Source of the DNA: Eledone cirrhosa
Taxonomy: Eukaryota
Length of the DNA: 64,000 nucleotides
Direction of reading: 5' to 3'
Assembly (NCBI GenBank): GCA_964016885.1
Contig: OZ024741.1
Location: 31,496,001 to 31,560,000, forward strand
The notes under the pieces were generated by a model. That model had not been told where the DNA came from. It ran no database searches and worked only from the letters and a program-made list of their open reading frames with translations. This document shows positions 25,376 to 40,009 of this stretch, in pieces (positions within the stretch are counted from its first letter, which is position 1; each line of letters opens with the position of its first letter). Position numbers and translations under genes: made by a program.

Positions 25376-26341
25376 ATGAGATATTGGTGGGTTCTGATCA
25401 TATCTAGAAATGATATTCCTTTCATATCATTGGGTTTCGTTTTAATGGAATACACCTCATTGTAAACGAGAGAGGGTTTCATTGGATTTCTATGACACCC
25501 GCCTTCTTATATGTGGATTGTTGGGGTGAGGAGTGGCATGGTTGGTCGTGTGGTTCAATCTGTAAGTTGTCTTTGGTTGATCAATCATGGCTATCAACTC
25601 TTGGAAAAATTTTTCGTAATTGACTGGACTCGTTTGTCAGGAATGTGTGTTAGTTGAGAAAATGGTTCATGGTAGTGGTGTATGTAATTGTATCACGTAT
25701 GATGCAATTGGAAATATGTTATTGTATATACACATATACACATGCAGCGGCTCTTACTATATGCACACATATATACATGCACACAGAACTCACACGAACA
25801 CATAAATGAATACATACAAGCATACAAACATGCACAAACACAAAATCGCACATGACAGTTGTTACTATGCGGACATTTTGGAAGTGGCTTATTAGATATA
25901 TACACGCATGCATGTACACAGGTTCAGGCAAACACATGCAAACATACGCAAAAATTCACAAACACAGATAAACGCATAAACACAGATGCACACATAAACA
26001 AGCGTATAAGCACAGACCATTACCACACATTAGAACCATGATGTGCACATATAAACACACGATAGGATGTGTGTGGAATTATTTGAAAGGGGTCATAACA
26101 TACACATACGGACACACGTATACATCAATCCATGCACACACACACACATACATGCGATATACACATAAACTCACACACTCACAGCCACTCATATTACACA
26201 AACACACATACGCAATACAAAATGCCTTTGCCATTTTGATCACGGGGTGTAGCCGAAACACCGCTCTGACCCAGGTCTAGAGTCTGTCACCCTCTCCATC
26301 TCCCCTTCCCCATTTCTTTATTCCTTTGTCTAGCAGTCCTT

Positions 26342-26413
<72 letters not shown>

Positions 26414-26931
26414 CCCCCTCTCTCTCTCTCTCTCTCCTTTTCCTCTCAAATATAGCATTTATAGTCATTTCCAATACTGCTCTGTATGTTGATTTATAAT
26501 GTTTATGCAACTGTGAACTTCTGAAAATGTGATGTAAATTGTCATAAACATGCATATAGATAGCTTGCTAACAAGGTAGCCTTAATATGTTATTTGAAAT
26601 CACTAGAAATAACCGTGAAATCTCCTCTGAAATCCAACACAAATCTATCTGAAATAACAGAACACATTTGCTAATGACGAAGTCAGCGTCTGAGAAAAAT
26701 ACAAATCGACTACAGATTCAACACCTCCTGTCTTAGTTCCGTATAATCAGAGCTGAGAGAGAATAAACCACAATAATAGCGACAATATATATATATATAT
26801 ATATATATAGTAATAATAATACATTTGAAGACTAAAATCCAAAGAGGGCTCGATAAGGATAAATATATATCAAACATATAAGAACCGTAGAGCAAATATT
26901 TATTAAAATAACACTGTAATCTGTTATTTGA

Positions 26932-26962
<31 letters not shown>

Positions 26963-27155
26963 ATAGTACAGCATATTCGAAGTTCGATCAGCAGCCAAGC
27001 CAACGAATGCCTTCAGCAGTGGAGCCAAGCACACGACAAGGAATAAACCTCAGAGTAATAACATTAGTTTAAAGTGCTTGCACATTGAAAATAGCGACGG
27101 GTAATTTAGCCACGTGATCTGTAGCAACGAAAGAACTGACTAGTGAGAAAAGGAA

Positions 27156-27267
<112 letters not shown>

Positions 27268-30083
27268 ATATATATACATATATACATATAAAAATATACA
27301 TACATGCATACATATATGCACATATCTGTATATATAACATACCTGGACCAACACTTGGAAATTACTGAATAACCAAGTGAGTTTTCTGTAAATCCGAAAT
27401 CAACAAAATCCACTTGTGGTGTATACAAGTTAGGTTTCTGGAAGATCATATATATATATATGAACAATAAATGCATATACATTACACAAACAAACGTAAC
27501 ACGGTCTAAGGGAGAAGCATGTATATTTACATGCTGGTCGACACGTGTATGTGTGTAATTGCATGTGTATATATGTACAGAGCGCGTGTGTGTGTGTGCA
27601 GCTGGGCGAGAATCGGTTGTGAGCGTGTTTATGTGTAGGTCTGTACCTGTGCATGTGTGTATATATGTGTACGTGTGTACGTGTGTAAATGTGTTCGTAT
27701 TTACATATGTACATATGTACATGTGTACATATGTACATATGTATGTGAGCACATGTGTCCTTGAATATATGTGTACGTGTGTATATGTGTATCTGTGTAA
27801 GTGTGTACGTGTAGTTACATGCAGAATGTCTTTACATGTGACAATATGTATCGATTTACTTATATATACAGCTTATGTGTGTGTGTGTGTGCACGTGTGT
27901 ATGTGTATGTGTGCGTATGTATGTGTGCGTGTGTGTGTGTGTACTCATCCATACATATTCACACATGTATTAACGTTAGACCCATAAAATATGATTACAT
28001 CCACAAATCTCAAACGGTTGAGTGAGAGAAAGAGCAACACCCAAGTACCCACGTAAACATATATATAAACACACATATTTAGATAAATACACCCACTATA
28101 TAATTTATAATCAACACCGCCCGACCAAGGTACTGAGTCTGTCACCCTCTCCTCTCTTTCTCCTGTTGCCAAATAGTCTTCGATCTCCCTCCTTTTCTTC
28201 ATATTTATAGCATTTATAGTCCTTTCCTCTACTTCCCTATACAGCCAGATCTGCCCTTCTTTAACAATTCCCCTTGTTTTTTCATTACTTGATTTGGTTT
28301 TTATATTTTTTAAATATTTCCATCACTTATATAATAAATAAGGTTCTTTGAAAATAGAAAAAAAAAACCAAAAAAACAAAACAAAAAAAAACAATTACAA
28401 TACTAAAAGGAAGCTCTGTTTAGTGAGGGTGGGGGTTAAATTCTTAAATATATCATCAACTTTCAGCTTAAAATGTCATTAACGGAAATAATAAATTCTG
28501 TTTCAATTTCTCCTGTTGACACATCGATACTTAATATTTTTTTCAAAAATGAATTGCGCATTACTTTCTCGTTTCAGTAATCCCCAAGAGAAGGTTAGTA
28601 TTTATTATGTAATTCCTTCTCGTCAAAATATATGTGATACATCTATTATTCTATCATAGTGAGGTTTGTTGTTAAACCTATATTCTAGTTATTTCTATCG
28701 TTATTGTTATTGTATAAATATATACATATATACGTAACATATACATAAACATACACATACACGCTCATATATATATAATAAACATATAGTATGTGGGTTA
28801 CGTATGTATGTATAGAGCAACAATAACAATACATATATAAATAACGCATACATAAACACACACACACACATATATATTTATCTATTTATTTATATACATA
28901 TATACATACATAAACACCCACAACACATATATATGTGTGTGCGTGTGTGTGTGTATGTATGTTTATAAACTAATACTTCCGGCTACTTCCTATCATCATA
29001 AATTACACTATCATCATTACCATCTCCGCCATATCCAATTTACCTCTATCATTATTGTAAATCATAACATATCATTTATCTGTTGTATCATCAAACTTAT
29101 GTCTTTTCTTCTGTGCTTTATAGTGGTTTTCTTATATACTATTGTTGTTGTATATCGTTGTTCTTATGTACGACATCCTTATGCATATAAGCTTTTAATA
29201 TAATGCTATTTCAACTTGAATACGACATTCAGTACACCACTTCCTAATGTAATATAGCAGCCATGACTAATACTTCTATTTTAATTGCTGATGTCCAAAC
29301 ATATCTCTACATTGTTCTTAGTGTATCTACATTTACCGAGATTTTGTTCAATTCCTATAGTTTAGTTATTTATATTCGAACGATACCTTAATGATTTTTC
29401 TGTATTATTTTATGTTTTCAAGTGTCTGACTTTGTTTGATTACATATTCTTAATTATTCATCTCATCTCAAGTAACACTCAAATAATGTTTTCTTTTTCT
29501 CTTAATCTTTGTTTTCTATTTCATTTCTTTGTCCATCCATCTCCATCCTTTGCGTTTTTACGTTCAGTCGTATGGAAATAATAATGGCACCTACATATAT
29601 TAATCTGATTGTATTTGCTGATGTCAGTTATCTTCGTATTTCAAGATCTGTGAGACTGCACTAACATTATCATTAATTCTTCATCTAATTGCAAATGAAG
29701 AAAATTCCAAAGACATTTTAGAAAGTCAGTGTGTTTTAACATTGTAGATTTTAGTCATTCAATATCTTCTAATATATCTTTATGTCTGTTCTATTGTGCC
29801 TCTGATTCCCTAATGTTTTTTTCTTTGTCTATTCAGTGATACTGTTATGTATTTTGATTTCGTACCTTCGATATGTTTGTAATATAAGCTATTCGCAATG
29901 CTCCTTGGCAATTCTATCTTTCTTGCTTTAACATATATTCTTTTATTTCAAATTAATTTGTATTTGTTCAGAATGGATTTCTTTACATTTCATAATTTAT
30001 TATGTTTATATCATAATTTCTTTTTTATATATGTTGGTTTTCAGAGTTTGCATATAAACCCTTAATCCCCCCGCCCCACACAC

Positions 30084-30114
<31 letters not shown>

Positions 30115-30179
30115 TGTATGTATGTATGTATGTATGTATGTATGTATGTATGTTTGTATGTATGTATGTATGTATGTAT

Positions 30180-30971
30180 GTCACAAGTGTAGTGTTTGTA
30201 CCAGAGTTTTCAAGTCGCCTGCTGGACTAAAAAGTCACACTCGTTCAGCGCATCGGTAGGGGTTCTCCTACATGGATATAAAGTAGTGGCCGTACTCGAA
30301 AACGAGTTGGCAGCCACCATGTATATATGTATGTATATATATATGTATGTATATATGTATATGTCGGGTCACCAGTTGGTGCTACTGGTAAAATGTAACC
30401 CAGTACAACCTGTCCCATGGTCGGGTCGTTGGCGACTAAACTGGCAACCCCACCAACGTTTCTTGGTGAGGAGGGTGACTTTGGACGTCCTGCAGGACTA
30501 AAAACAAAACCTGTCAAAGGGCAAAGGACCTCTTAAGAGTCAATGTCCATCCAAAATCACCGGGAGATATGACCCCTTAGCCTTTGTCAAGGCAGAATTC
30601 TAGGAGAAGGAAAACTCTGATATAACACCTGCAACCCTGATGGTATCCAATGATGTTGACTTGTTCTTCTTTTTGGTAAATATCATCTTGGTTAAGAGAG
30701 TGGGACTGGCTTTGTGCAGTGCCTTTGCTCACTATAAAAGCTTCACGGCACAGGCATTGCTTTGTATCTGGAGATCTCTCTGCACTTGTCGTCACATGGT
30801 GCCATGGGCCCAGCACTATGTGTCAATAAGTGTCACAGGTGTAGTGTTTGTACCAGAGTTTTCAAGTCGCTGGCTGGACTAAAAAGTCACACTTGTTTAG
30901 CGCATCGGTAGGGGTTCTCCTACATGGATATAAAGTAGTGGCCGTACTCGAAAACGAGTTGGCAGCCACCA
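30180..30971 (+). mobile_element. Non-coding RTE-derived element (30363-30971) preceded by a 140-bp copy of its own 3' end (30180-30320), in (ATGT)n
   Basis: Direct repeat 30180-30320 / 30833-30971; RTE-like 5'UTR motif ctaggagaaggaaaactctga; (TATG)n at 30086-30180 and 30972-31050. Confidence 0.65.
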
Positions 30972-31054
30972 CGTATGTATGTATGTATGTATGTATGTAT
31001 GTATGTATGTATGTATGTATGTATGTATGTATGTATGTATGTACGTACGTATAT

Positions 31055-32830
31055 ATAGAAAAGATGAATATAAAATGAAAGTGCTTTTATAAAGGAATTT
31101 ATTAGGTATTGACATATGTTTCTGTAACAGACGGAATACCTATGTATCGCTGCTTGCGTAATCATATAATGTTAGCAAGTATTCGATAGCAAATGTATAA
31201 ACAGTTGTCACTTCTTCAGAGATATTGGATAAATTGGAAAAAATCAGAAAAATTAAAGTATTTATATTAGTTGTAAGAAAGGAAGAAGAGAAGGGATAGT
31301 ATATGACAGATGGCAATTCAATTTGCTGGTAAACAAGTATATAGAAGGTTTTTAATGAGAATACAATGAGTATATGGCTTATTTTATCTAAATAAGAATT
31401 TTTGGGAGCGCCTATTTTAATCTATATTTGAGCAATTGAACAATGGACAGGGCTGGTCGTTTGGTGTAGTAGTATTAATACAGATATAAAGTGTCAATTA
31501 AGGAAGAGGGAGATTTTCACTGCTACTGTATAACAGCAATGCTGGTAGCCTGCTGGTATATGCATTAGGGAATTGAATTAAGAAATCTCATTTTATCTAT
31601 AGCAGTAAATATTAAATGGTAAAGAATAGAAGAGTTGATAGAATTAAGACTAGTAGAGAATGTTAATATGTATTTTGACAATCAAACGGAGATGGAGACA
31701 GGCGTTCAATCGTGGTAGCGTTTGTAATATGAAAATGTAGATTTCAAGCGATGGTTACAGTATAACGATCGCTCTATTCTGTTATTTAATAAAATATTTT
31801 TTGATTTCATAATACAAAATATTTCCATAGTACACAATCTACAAAATTCCTGTCCTTGGAAATATGAAGAGGCCTTTCACTATTATATCCCATTTTAGGT
31901 TAAATTGTTGGTTATTTTCGCGCAGCTGCCAAGCCTTGTCTGCGAGTGTTGTTACATAACGCTGGTTTTCATGTTTTATCGAGTAACGAGGTCTATAAAG
32001 GCGAGATTGAAGGAATTAGCTGTAGACCCCACATAGTACCACTTCTGGCTACCCGATTCGATAGTACATTTGTATACGATGTTGCGTTCAAGACACTGAT
32101 TGTTCAACGGACACATTCCTGGTTGGACACAGTTACAGTTATAATTATGCGTTGTTGTATTACGATGGATGGGTTCATGAGGTTGCTTAGGCAGGACGGG
32201 ATGTTGTTTGTTGTTTTGTGATGTTATAGCCGAAGTTTTACGTGTATTTTTATGTGTTGGTTGGCGTTTATGCAACCGTTTTGCGTTAAGCTTTTTTATA
32301 TGTTGTTCAATATTAGGGGCGGTTGAATATGAAAGTCTAATAGTGTTAGGGTTTAAGATTTTATTATATTTATGTGATGTTGGAAAATGTTTTTTAACTA
32401 ATCGAAAGAATTGTGAGGGTAGATTGGTTTTAATAGATTTCTTATTGACCGGGTTGTACCATATATACTCTTTACATCGCCTTCTGTTTGGTGGTGTGCG
32501 ACTATTAGTGTGTCTATTGCGGAAGTGTATGTATGGTGGTGATTCTATGCTATTTCTACCTCTATGAGATTTATTTTGGGTGTTTTGGTGATCGTCGACT
32601 ATATACTCTATATTATCTAGGTGTCCAGCCTTCCTAAGTGCATCATCATAATATTCGGCATGTTCTTTGAAGGTTTGCTGGTTGGACGACAGGCGGGAGA
32701 TTCGAAGGGAAATATTTCTAGGGATGGATTTAATTATAGAGGGTGGCTGGTTAGCACCCGTATTTACATATTTAAATTCTCATTTAGTTTATGGAACGGT
32801 TTAATCGTTTCTGTATTGAGATTCAAAGTT
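31055..32830 (-). mobile_element. 5'-truncated Hydra-like PLE (thumb, CxC linker, GIY-YIG, 3'UTR, pLTR)
   Basis: CNC..MCPLNNQCLERNIVYKC..YVGST in ORF 31976..32275; HHR near 3' end. Confidence 0.85.
31106..31225 (-). ncRNA. Hammerhead motif with ~90-nt stem II region
   Basis: tatct CTGAAGA a-gtgaca...tgttac-a GAAA catatg TC aata. Confidence 0.65.
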
Positions 32831-33080
32831 CATCTCTAAGTTCATCTCTAACGTGACGATATATTATCACTACATTATTGATAACTTGAAATATTTATAT
32901 ATATATATATAAATGGAAAAAATGAAACGAAATTTCATTTCTCACTCTTAGTACGGCTGTTACTTAAATATAAGTATGTATACGTACATACATATATGTA
33001 TACAGACGTACAGTAGTATGTATATATATACATACATGCACACATATATATATTAAATAATATGCACACATATATATATA

Positions 33081-33182
33081 TTAAATAATCAGAGCTATAT
33101 ATCATAAAAAATGTCTATATAGCTCTGATTATTTAATTTATTAACTTTTCATTGAGCCACAAAGTGACCTGTTGAAAAACAC

Positions 33183-33183
<1 letters not shown>
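33081..33183. mobile_element. Ultra-short fold-back with tail between (TA)n tracts
   Basis: ttaaataatcagagctatata (33081-33101) inverted at 33116-33136, then ~47-nt tail. Confidence 0.6.
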
Positions 33184-33242
<59 letters not shown>

Positions 33243-33443
33243 CTTTATATGTAATAATCTCCCGTTTGGTTGAGATACAAATTTGGCTGTATTGTGCTGC
33301 GCTTTCTAGAAAAAAGCCACCAGCCGTAAGCAACTAACCACATTCCTTCTAACCTGACCGCTGCTACGTCACAATTCTTAGCCATTTTTTAATGTATTCT
33401 TGGCGCGATCACTTTGGAAAATTTAGTGTCTAAATTTGAGCTA

Positions 33444-33520
33444 ACTTACTGAAGAATCCGGTGCTCTAGGTTCCGAAGCTATCGGATATCTTAAAATGCG
33501 GACGAAACCATGGTCGGGGT
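33444..33520 (+). ncRNA. Hammerhead motif inside a ~550-bp (TA)n-flanked solo pLTR-like segment (33238-33790)
   Basis: actta CTGAAGA a-tccg...cgga-c GAAA ccatgg TC ggggt. Confidence 0.7.
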
Positions 33521-33816
33521 AACTAAATGTGTTCACTTTTCTCCTAGTTTATTTTACACCTAATTCTGTTTAATTGACTGTATATCTGGGCGATTACGCT
33601 GTCGAAATATTCGATAAATATTCCGTCGCAGCCGCCGCGAAGTGTTGGGTTCGGTTATTTGTTGGAGATTTCTTCATAGAAGCCTTATTCTTATAGCTTG
33701 GTCTATTCGATTTTTATATGGTTAATTATGCTAATTGCAGGAGGAAATAGTATATATTTTATCTGATGATTCTATAGACATGTTTTATTATTATATATAT
33801 ATATATATATATATAT

Positions 33817-36474
33817 AAGGAAAAAAGATGAAATCGAAAATGCAACTGGAGTCTTTTATATACAAAATATATATATTTATTTGGCTCCTTTCGCAGTTCT
33901 TCTGCTTTTCAAAAGTAGAGTTGAGATGGAGGGTCTCTGGTTTTTCTCACATCTGGTTGGTCTTTGAATGTTACTTGTTTTATATGGAAAAAAAGTGGCT
34001 CGAAATGCCAGGTTTTTAGAGGAGTTATTTGATTGGTTGGGGAATAAGAATAATAAATTTCGCGCCAGTTTGCGTTACAAAGTTCTTCAAACAGGTGGGG
34101 GGGGGCGGGTTCAGGTTGTTTTTTCATATATGAAAGTTTGGTTGGTTGATGCAGTCACGTGAATAAGCACATCAGCTTTCGCGCCTGTTTGTTTGAATTT
34201 CTTTTTACTTAAAAAAAGTGGCTCACGAAGGCTTTTTTAAAAATGTTATTTGATTGGTTATAAATGAAATTAAAATAGTCACGTGAACAAGTTCTTTAAA
34301 TTTCGCGCCCGTATTTGGGAATTTATTTTGTAGTCTTTTAGAGAATTTTGTGCCAAACAAATGCTAATGGTCAAGAAAAATGGAATGGGGAGAATTGTTC
34401 TGGTTCAGTGAATATGGTTCGCTGGGGTGTCAGAATTCCGACTTTCTATTGAAATAAAGAAAGTAGAGATATGTATGTTTATTTGTGTAGTTGTGTGTGT
34501 GTGTGTGTATGTGTGTGTGTGTAGGAAGATGATTCTATTAGTAGAAATGGGGGAGGGAGTTGTGTGTGTGTATTGGTTTTATGTGTGTGTATGTGTGTGT
34601 GGGAGTATGGTTAGCATGTTAAGATGGAGAGAGTATATATATTTTGTGTTTGTATGTGTTATGTGTGTGTGGGAGTTTGGTTAGCATGTTAAGATGGAGA
34701 GAATATTTATATTTTGTGTGTGCGCGTGTGTGTGTGTGTAGGAAAATGATTCCGTTAGTACAAATGGGGGAGGGAGTTATGTATGTGTGGGGTATGTGGT
34801 TAGCATGTTAAGGTGTTAGAGTACTAACGTATGTTAAGGTTTATTTAAATCTGTTGTTTTTTTTTCTAAAGTAGAAGGTGTTATGTGTGTGTGTATGTAT
34901 GTGTCTGTTTGGATGGTTAGCATGTTATGGTGTTGACATAATGTATATTAAACTATATTTAATGCTGGTCTATGTTTTTGAATAAACATATTTTCCTTAT
35001 TTATTCGTATTTGTTCTGTTGTATTGTCAGCGCAAATGTAAAATGGGAAGACTTGGAATTTGGGTGTCTTATTACTTGCGCATATGTCTAGATGTGCACT
35101 TAGTGGTATCTGTCTCGTGGTTGGATCTCGTAATTGCTGGCGATGAACTGTCATTCTGTTTCTGTGTGTGAGTTTAGTTTGTCCTATATAATATTCATTG
35201 TCCTATATAATCTTCATTGCATCCTTTACATTTAATGGCATAAATTAGATTGTTTGATGAGCAAGTGAAGTGATTTTTTACAGCAAAATTTTGCCCTGAT
35301 TAAAATGTATACGTCTTGCCTTCAATGACGTGAGTGCAGGTTCCACAATTAGAGCGACCCCATTTTTTGACAGTTGCTTGTGGGTTTGTGGTAGGTAATT
35401 TTGCATTGGTGAGTAATGTTTTTAGGTATTTCGGTTGTCTTTTGCTTTTGATTATTTTGTGTGTTTCAGGGGCTTTTTTCATTCCTGGGTCTTGTTTCAA
35501 TAGGGGGATGTTCTTGTGAATAATGTTGTAAGCTTCCGCATTTCTTGGGTTGTGTGTTGAGATATATGATAGAATATTGGACGTACCTTGAATTTGTTTC
35601 TGTTTTCGTAATTCATCAATACCTATTGCTTTAGCCATTTCTATTCCATTATTTATCAGTAATGGTGGATACTGTCATTCGAGTAGAATTTCCTTTAATT
35701 CTTGAAGTCTTTTATTTCACGTTTCATAATTGGAGACAATTGTGCAAATTCTTCTTGTTAGGTTAAACGGAATGTTCGTCTTCGTGTGCTTTGGGTGGTT
35801 GGAGGTGAATAGCAGGTATTGTTTGGAATCTGTTGGTTTGTAGTGTATGTCAGTTTCAATATTTGTGTCTTTTTTTAAGATTACGATGTCCAGAAATGGG
35901 AGTTAATCTTGGCTGTATTCCATTGTGAATTGGATGTGGTTATTGATACCGTTAATAACATTTTTGAAATCATTTAGTTGGTCGAGTGTGTGGGACCAAA
36001 GAATGAGATAATAGCGTTTCCAAATCTCTGATAAATATTTGTGGAAGTTCAATCCGTATTTTGATTTGGACTGTTCATATATCTGGACTTCCAAGTATGC
36101 CATGACTAAGTTGGCATATGTTGGAGCGGCTTTTGTACCCATCACAGTTCCCGATATTTGCTTGTAAGTACAGCCATCGAAATAAAAAAAGTTGTTCTGT
36201 AAAATAAATTTTAATCCCTCGGTGATGAATCTTTTTTCTATTGTGTCAGGTATCTCATTGGGATATTTCTCTAGCCATAATCCTATTGATTCTAGTCCGT
36301 ATTGGTGTTGGATCGTTATGTAGAGATTCACTACATCGAAAGACACAATAATATGTCGTTGTTGACATGTCTGGGGAGGTGGTTTAAGAGGTCCAGATCG
36401 TCTCTTACAAGGCTTGGTATATGTGTTTGAGAATTGGTTTTAGTAGTATGTCTATAAAGTTGCTTAGTCTGTGT
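33817..36474 (-). mobile_element. 5'-truncated Neptune-like PLE (RT, Cys-rich linker, GIY-YIG, 3'UTR, pLTR), degenerate
   Basis: SFDVVNLY, GTVMGTKAAPTYANL, FLD, CGTC linker, NLIYAIKC..YIGQT; both ends at (TA)n; pLTR equals 8127-8272 but lacks stem III. Confidence 0.88.
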
Positions 36475-38098
36475 TATATATATATATATATATATACGAT
36501 ATTAATAAATGGAAACTATATTTATAAAACCATATTTATTTCATTATATATATTTCAAGGATACCAAGTTACATTATGGTATGCCTTCATCAGACAAAAT
36601 ACAATATATAACAGTTTTATAAATAGACATTGACGTTCCCCTTTAAAAATTGACCGTTGTTTTTGGAGGCCATCAGGATAGTGATTTGTTTATTTAGTAA
36701 GTCATAGTGTTAAGAGTAAGTAAAAAGATGGAGAGAGAGAGAGAGAAACGTGGAGAAAAGAAAGGGAGAGATAGATAAAGAAAAAGAAGAAAGCAAAAAG
36801 AAAAGAGAACAGAGGAAAAATAACGGGGAGATATCAAACCATCAGACCGAGAAAAAATCCAGAGAGAGATATATAGAGATAGAGAGAGGGGGTAGAGAAC
36901 GAAAACCTTAAGTTATGTCATATTAAGTTGAGTTAACAATTGGGATGAAAAGCATAAATAAAATTAGAAATATTAAAATTCATGAATGGAATATAGATAT
37001 ATAATATGAGAAATTACACATTGTTTAATTATGATTAGATATTTAGTTTAAAATTGAGATCAATATATTAAAAATTGGAATTTAAACATTATAAAATATA
37101 TATATTGCTAGAGAGATTATCTATCGCATATTACATACGCATAGGCAAAGGTACATAAATATATATATATATACACACTCACTCAGAAAATACACATTAT
37201 ATCTACTCCCGCACATAATATATATATACAAAGCATAAGTGATTTTTTATTTATTGCCATACATTCCCTGTGTTATTAATTAAAAATTAAAAGTTTTTAG
37301 TATATATATATAAATATATAGGATTAACTTTCATACATTTATGGCTGTTAAGTTATGCATATCTGCAATAAAAAACTGCATGTGTAAGCCTGTACATTCA
37401 CATCCATAATTCTTAGCTATACATGAATAGATATGTGTGTGCATCTTCAATTGGTATACACGCGTCACTCATGCATATATACAGACAGACATATAATCAT
37501 AAAAAAGCATATAACACATATATATGTATGTCAACACACACATATAGATACATTAGCCTTATATAGATATACGTATACATCAACATATAACATAGTACAA
37601 TTGAGTATATAAAATACAAAAGGATTATATTTTGGAAATATAATTATATCAATATAACTTAAAAAAACAAACGAATTCTACAAATATCAAAATACTAAAA
37701 TATCCCAAAATATTATAGAATATTTTAAGTTAAAATAATATCTTTAATATATTTAGTATAGAAATTAATCTTACGTATATTTTAATCAAGATATTGAAAG
37801 GACAAACTTTTGAAAATTATGAGAAGCTATCAGAATAAAAAATAAATCTAATAAAAATTATGAGAAGCTATCAGAATAAAAACAAATCTAATAAAAACAA
37901 ATCTAATAAAAATAAAAAATAAAATGAATCTAATAAAAAAATAAATAAAATGAATCTAATAAAAAATAAATCTAATAAAAAATAAAATATTATATCAATA
38001 TAACTTAAAAAACAAGGATTCTACAGATATCAAAATATTAAAAAGTTTAAAGATAACAAATTTTTTTTAAATTTTAAAAAAATTTTAAAAACTTTAAA

Positions 38099-38143
<45 letters not shown>

Positions 38144-38390
38144 AACTCTTAAAATATTATAGAATATTTTAAGCTAAAATAATATGTTTAGTATAGAAAT
38201 TTATCTTACGTATATTTTATTCAAGATATTGAAAGGATAAACTTTTCTAGAATAGTTTATTATATTTATAATTATATTTATGAAGAAACTTTATACTTGG
38301 GTACTTAACCAAAGAAAATGAAAAAGGTGATGGAATCTAATGATTTATCGACAGGTTACATATATTAACTAAATTACTTAATTAATTAAA

Positions 38391-39657
38391 CTACATTTTA
38401 AATTTATATTTATATTTAAACGTTGAGTTCAATCTATGTCTGCAGCAACTGAATAAATTATTCCTTAAATTAAGGGAATTTTGGTCTTTAATATAAAAAA
38501 ATACTTCCTCTATACAAAGGTCACAATATTCTGAAGAGGAATTAAAAGGAGTAGCTTTTGAAATAATATTCCAAATCAGCGAATATTCAACATTATCTCG
38601 CTTTAGGTGCAATAATAGGCTAGATAGCGAAGTTGAAGATTTTTTGTTTGGATCTGTAAAATCATTTTTATGATTATTGAAGCGGGATTTAAATTCTGTA
38701 GAGGTAAAACCGACATAGTTAAATGAATTTAAATTAGTTTTAACATTACAATTATAAACTACATTTTTAGCTAAGCAGTTGTTATTTAACGGACAGTTGG
38801 ATTTATTTCTACAGTTACAGTTATTCGATTGAATATTGCTTGGGTTATTATTGGTATTTTGGTTAGGTTTTAAATTTCTATTATTAATTCTATTAATATT
38901 TTGCGCTAAATTTTTGGTGGAAGAGTAGGTTAATTTTATAGTATGTCTATTAAAAATTGAGTAATATTTATGTGTTCTAGGGAATCGTTTGTCAAGAGCT
39001 TTAAAGAATAGTTTAGCAATAGGGGTTTTAATATTTAGTGAGAAAGGGGGAGCGAACCATAATATATTCCTAGTTCTATTTCTTTTTCGGTTTTCGGAGT
39101 TATAGTAATATTTTCTATTATGGTTGTTGAAATTGTTACCATAATTAAAGTTGTTATTATTTTGGTTATTTTGTATATTATTATTACTATCGATGTATTT
39201 AATTTTATTTCTATACCCAGCTCTACCTAACGCTTCATTGTAATAATGCGCTTTTTCATCAAATATATTCTTATTAGATGAAATTCTTGAAATTCGTTCT
39301 TGAACAGAGTTCACTATAGTATTTTTAACGGATCTGGGGTGATTAGAGTTAAAATTGACATAATTTAAGTTCTCATTTAGTTTGTGAAATGGATAATGAA
39401 GACATGTGTTGAGATTTAGTGTTACATCTAGAAAATTAACTATTTTATGGTTATTCTCTATTTCTACTTTTAGATTAAGGTAATTAAAAAATTGTATAAT
39501 TTGTTTTCTTTTTCTATTTAGTTCACAGCTATTATTTTCTATAAGTAAAAGCATGTCGTCACGATATAAGCCTCCGGTTACATCTGGTATTTTTCTATGT
39601 AGAGAATTAATTATAAATAGGCTCACCTGAGCTGAGTCTGAAGATCCCATAGTTATG
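38391..39657 (-). CDS. PLE polyprotein C-terminal part: RT palm/thumb + GIY-YIG endonuclease (5'-truncated, open frame)
   Basis: ITMGS, GGLYRDD, VNFLDVTL, CNCRNKSNCPL, NVVYNC..YVGFT..R...H, CDLC..E, CRH. Confidence 0.88.
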
Positions 39658-39781
39658 TTACTTACTATTAACACTATGACTTACTAAAGTAAACAAATCA
39701 CTATCCTGGTGGCCTCCAAAAACAACGGTCAATTTTTAAAGGGGTACGTCAATGTCTATTTATAACACTGTTATATATTGT

Positions 39782-39844
39782 ATTTTGTCTGATGAAGGCA
39801 TACCATAATGTAACTTGGTATCCTTGAAATATATATAATGAAAT
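39782..39844 (+). ncRNA. Type I hammerhead ribozyme (intact); mirror copy 36538-36600 (-)
   Basis: attttgt CTGATGA aggcatacca...tggtatcctt GAAA tatata TA atgaaat. Confidence 0.85.
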
Positions 39845-39972
39845 AAATATGGTTTTATAAATATAGTTTCCATTTATTAATATCGTATATCTACTCCAAA
39901 TATTTGTCGAGTGCTTTATATCAGTTATAAAAATATTTGCTTGTTGTATCCCAACAATTTAAACAAAACTTT

Positions 39973-40006
<34 letters not shown>

Positions 40007-40009
<3 letters not shown>

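Larger units (their letters stand above)
36492..39975 (-). mobile_element. 5'-truncated Hydra-like PLE with inverted pLTR plus tail at its 5' junction
   Basis: ~233-bp inverted repeats 36492-36723 and 39658-39890, each with HHR; tail 39891-39975; (TA)n both sides. Confidence 0.92.

Noticed and set aside
29100-30050. Possible ancient LINE RT remnant on minus strand
   Set aside because: Only vague motif echoes; too degraded to support by eye.
30363-30445. HDV-like ribozyme at the 5' end of the RTE-derived unit
   Set aside because: P2 (ccagt/actgg), P4 and a CUAA joiner fit, but I could not place a P1 helix; not called.
36492-39890. DNA transposon with 233-bp TIRs
   Set aside because: Encodes RT plus GIY-YIG, repeats contain hammerheads and are asymmetric; these are inverted PLE pLTRs.
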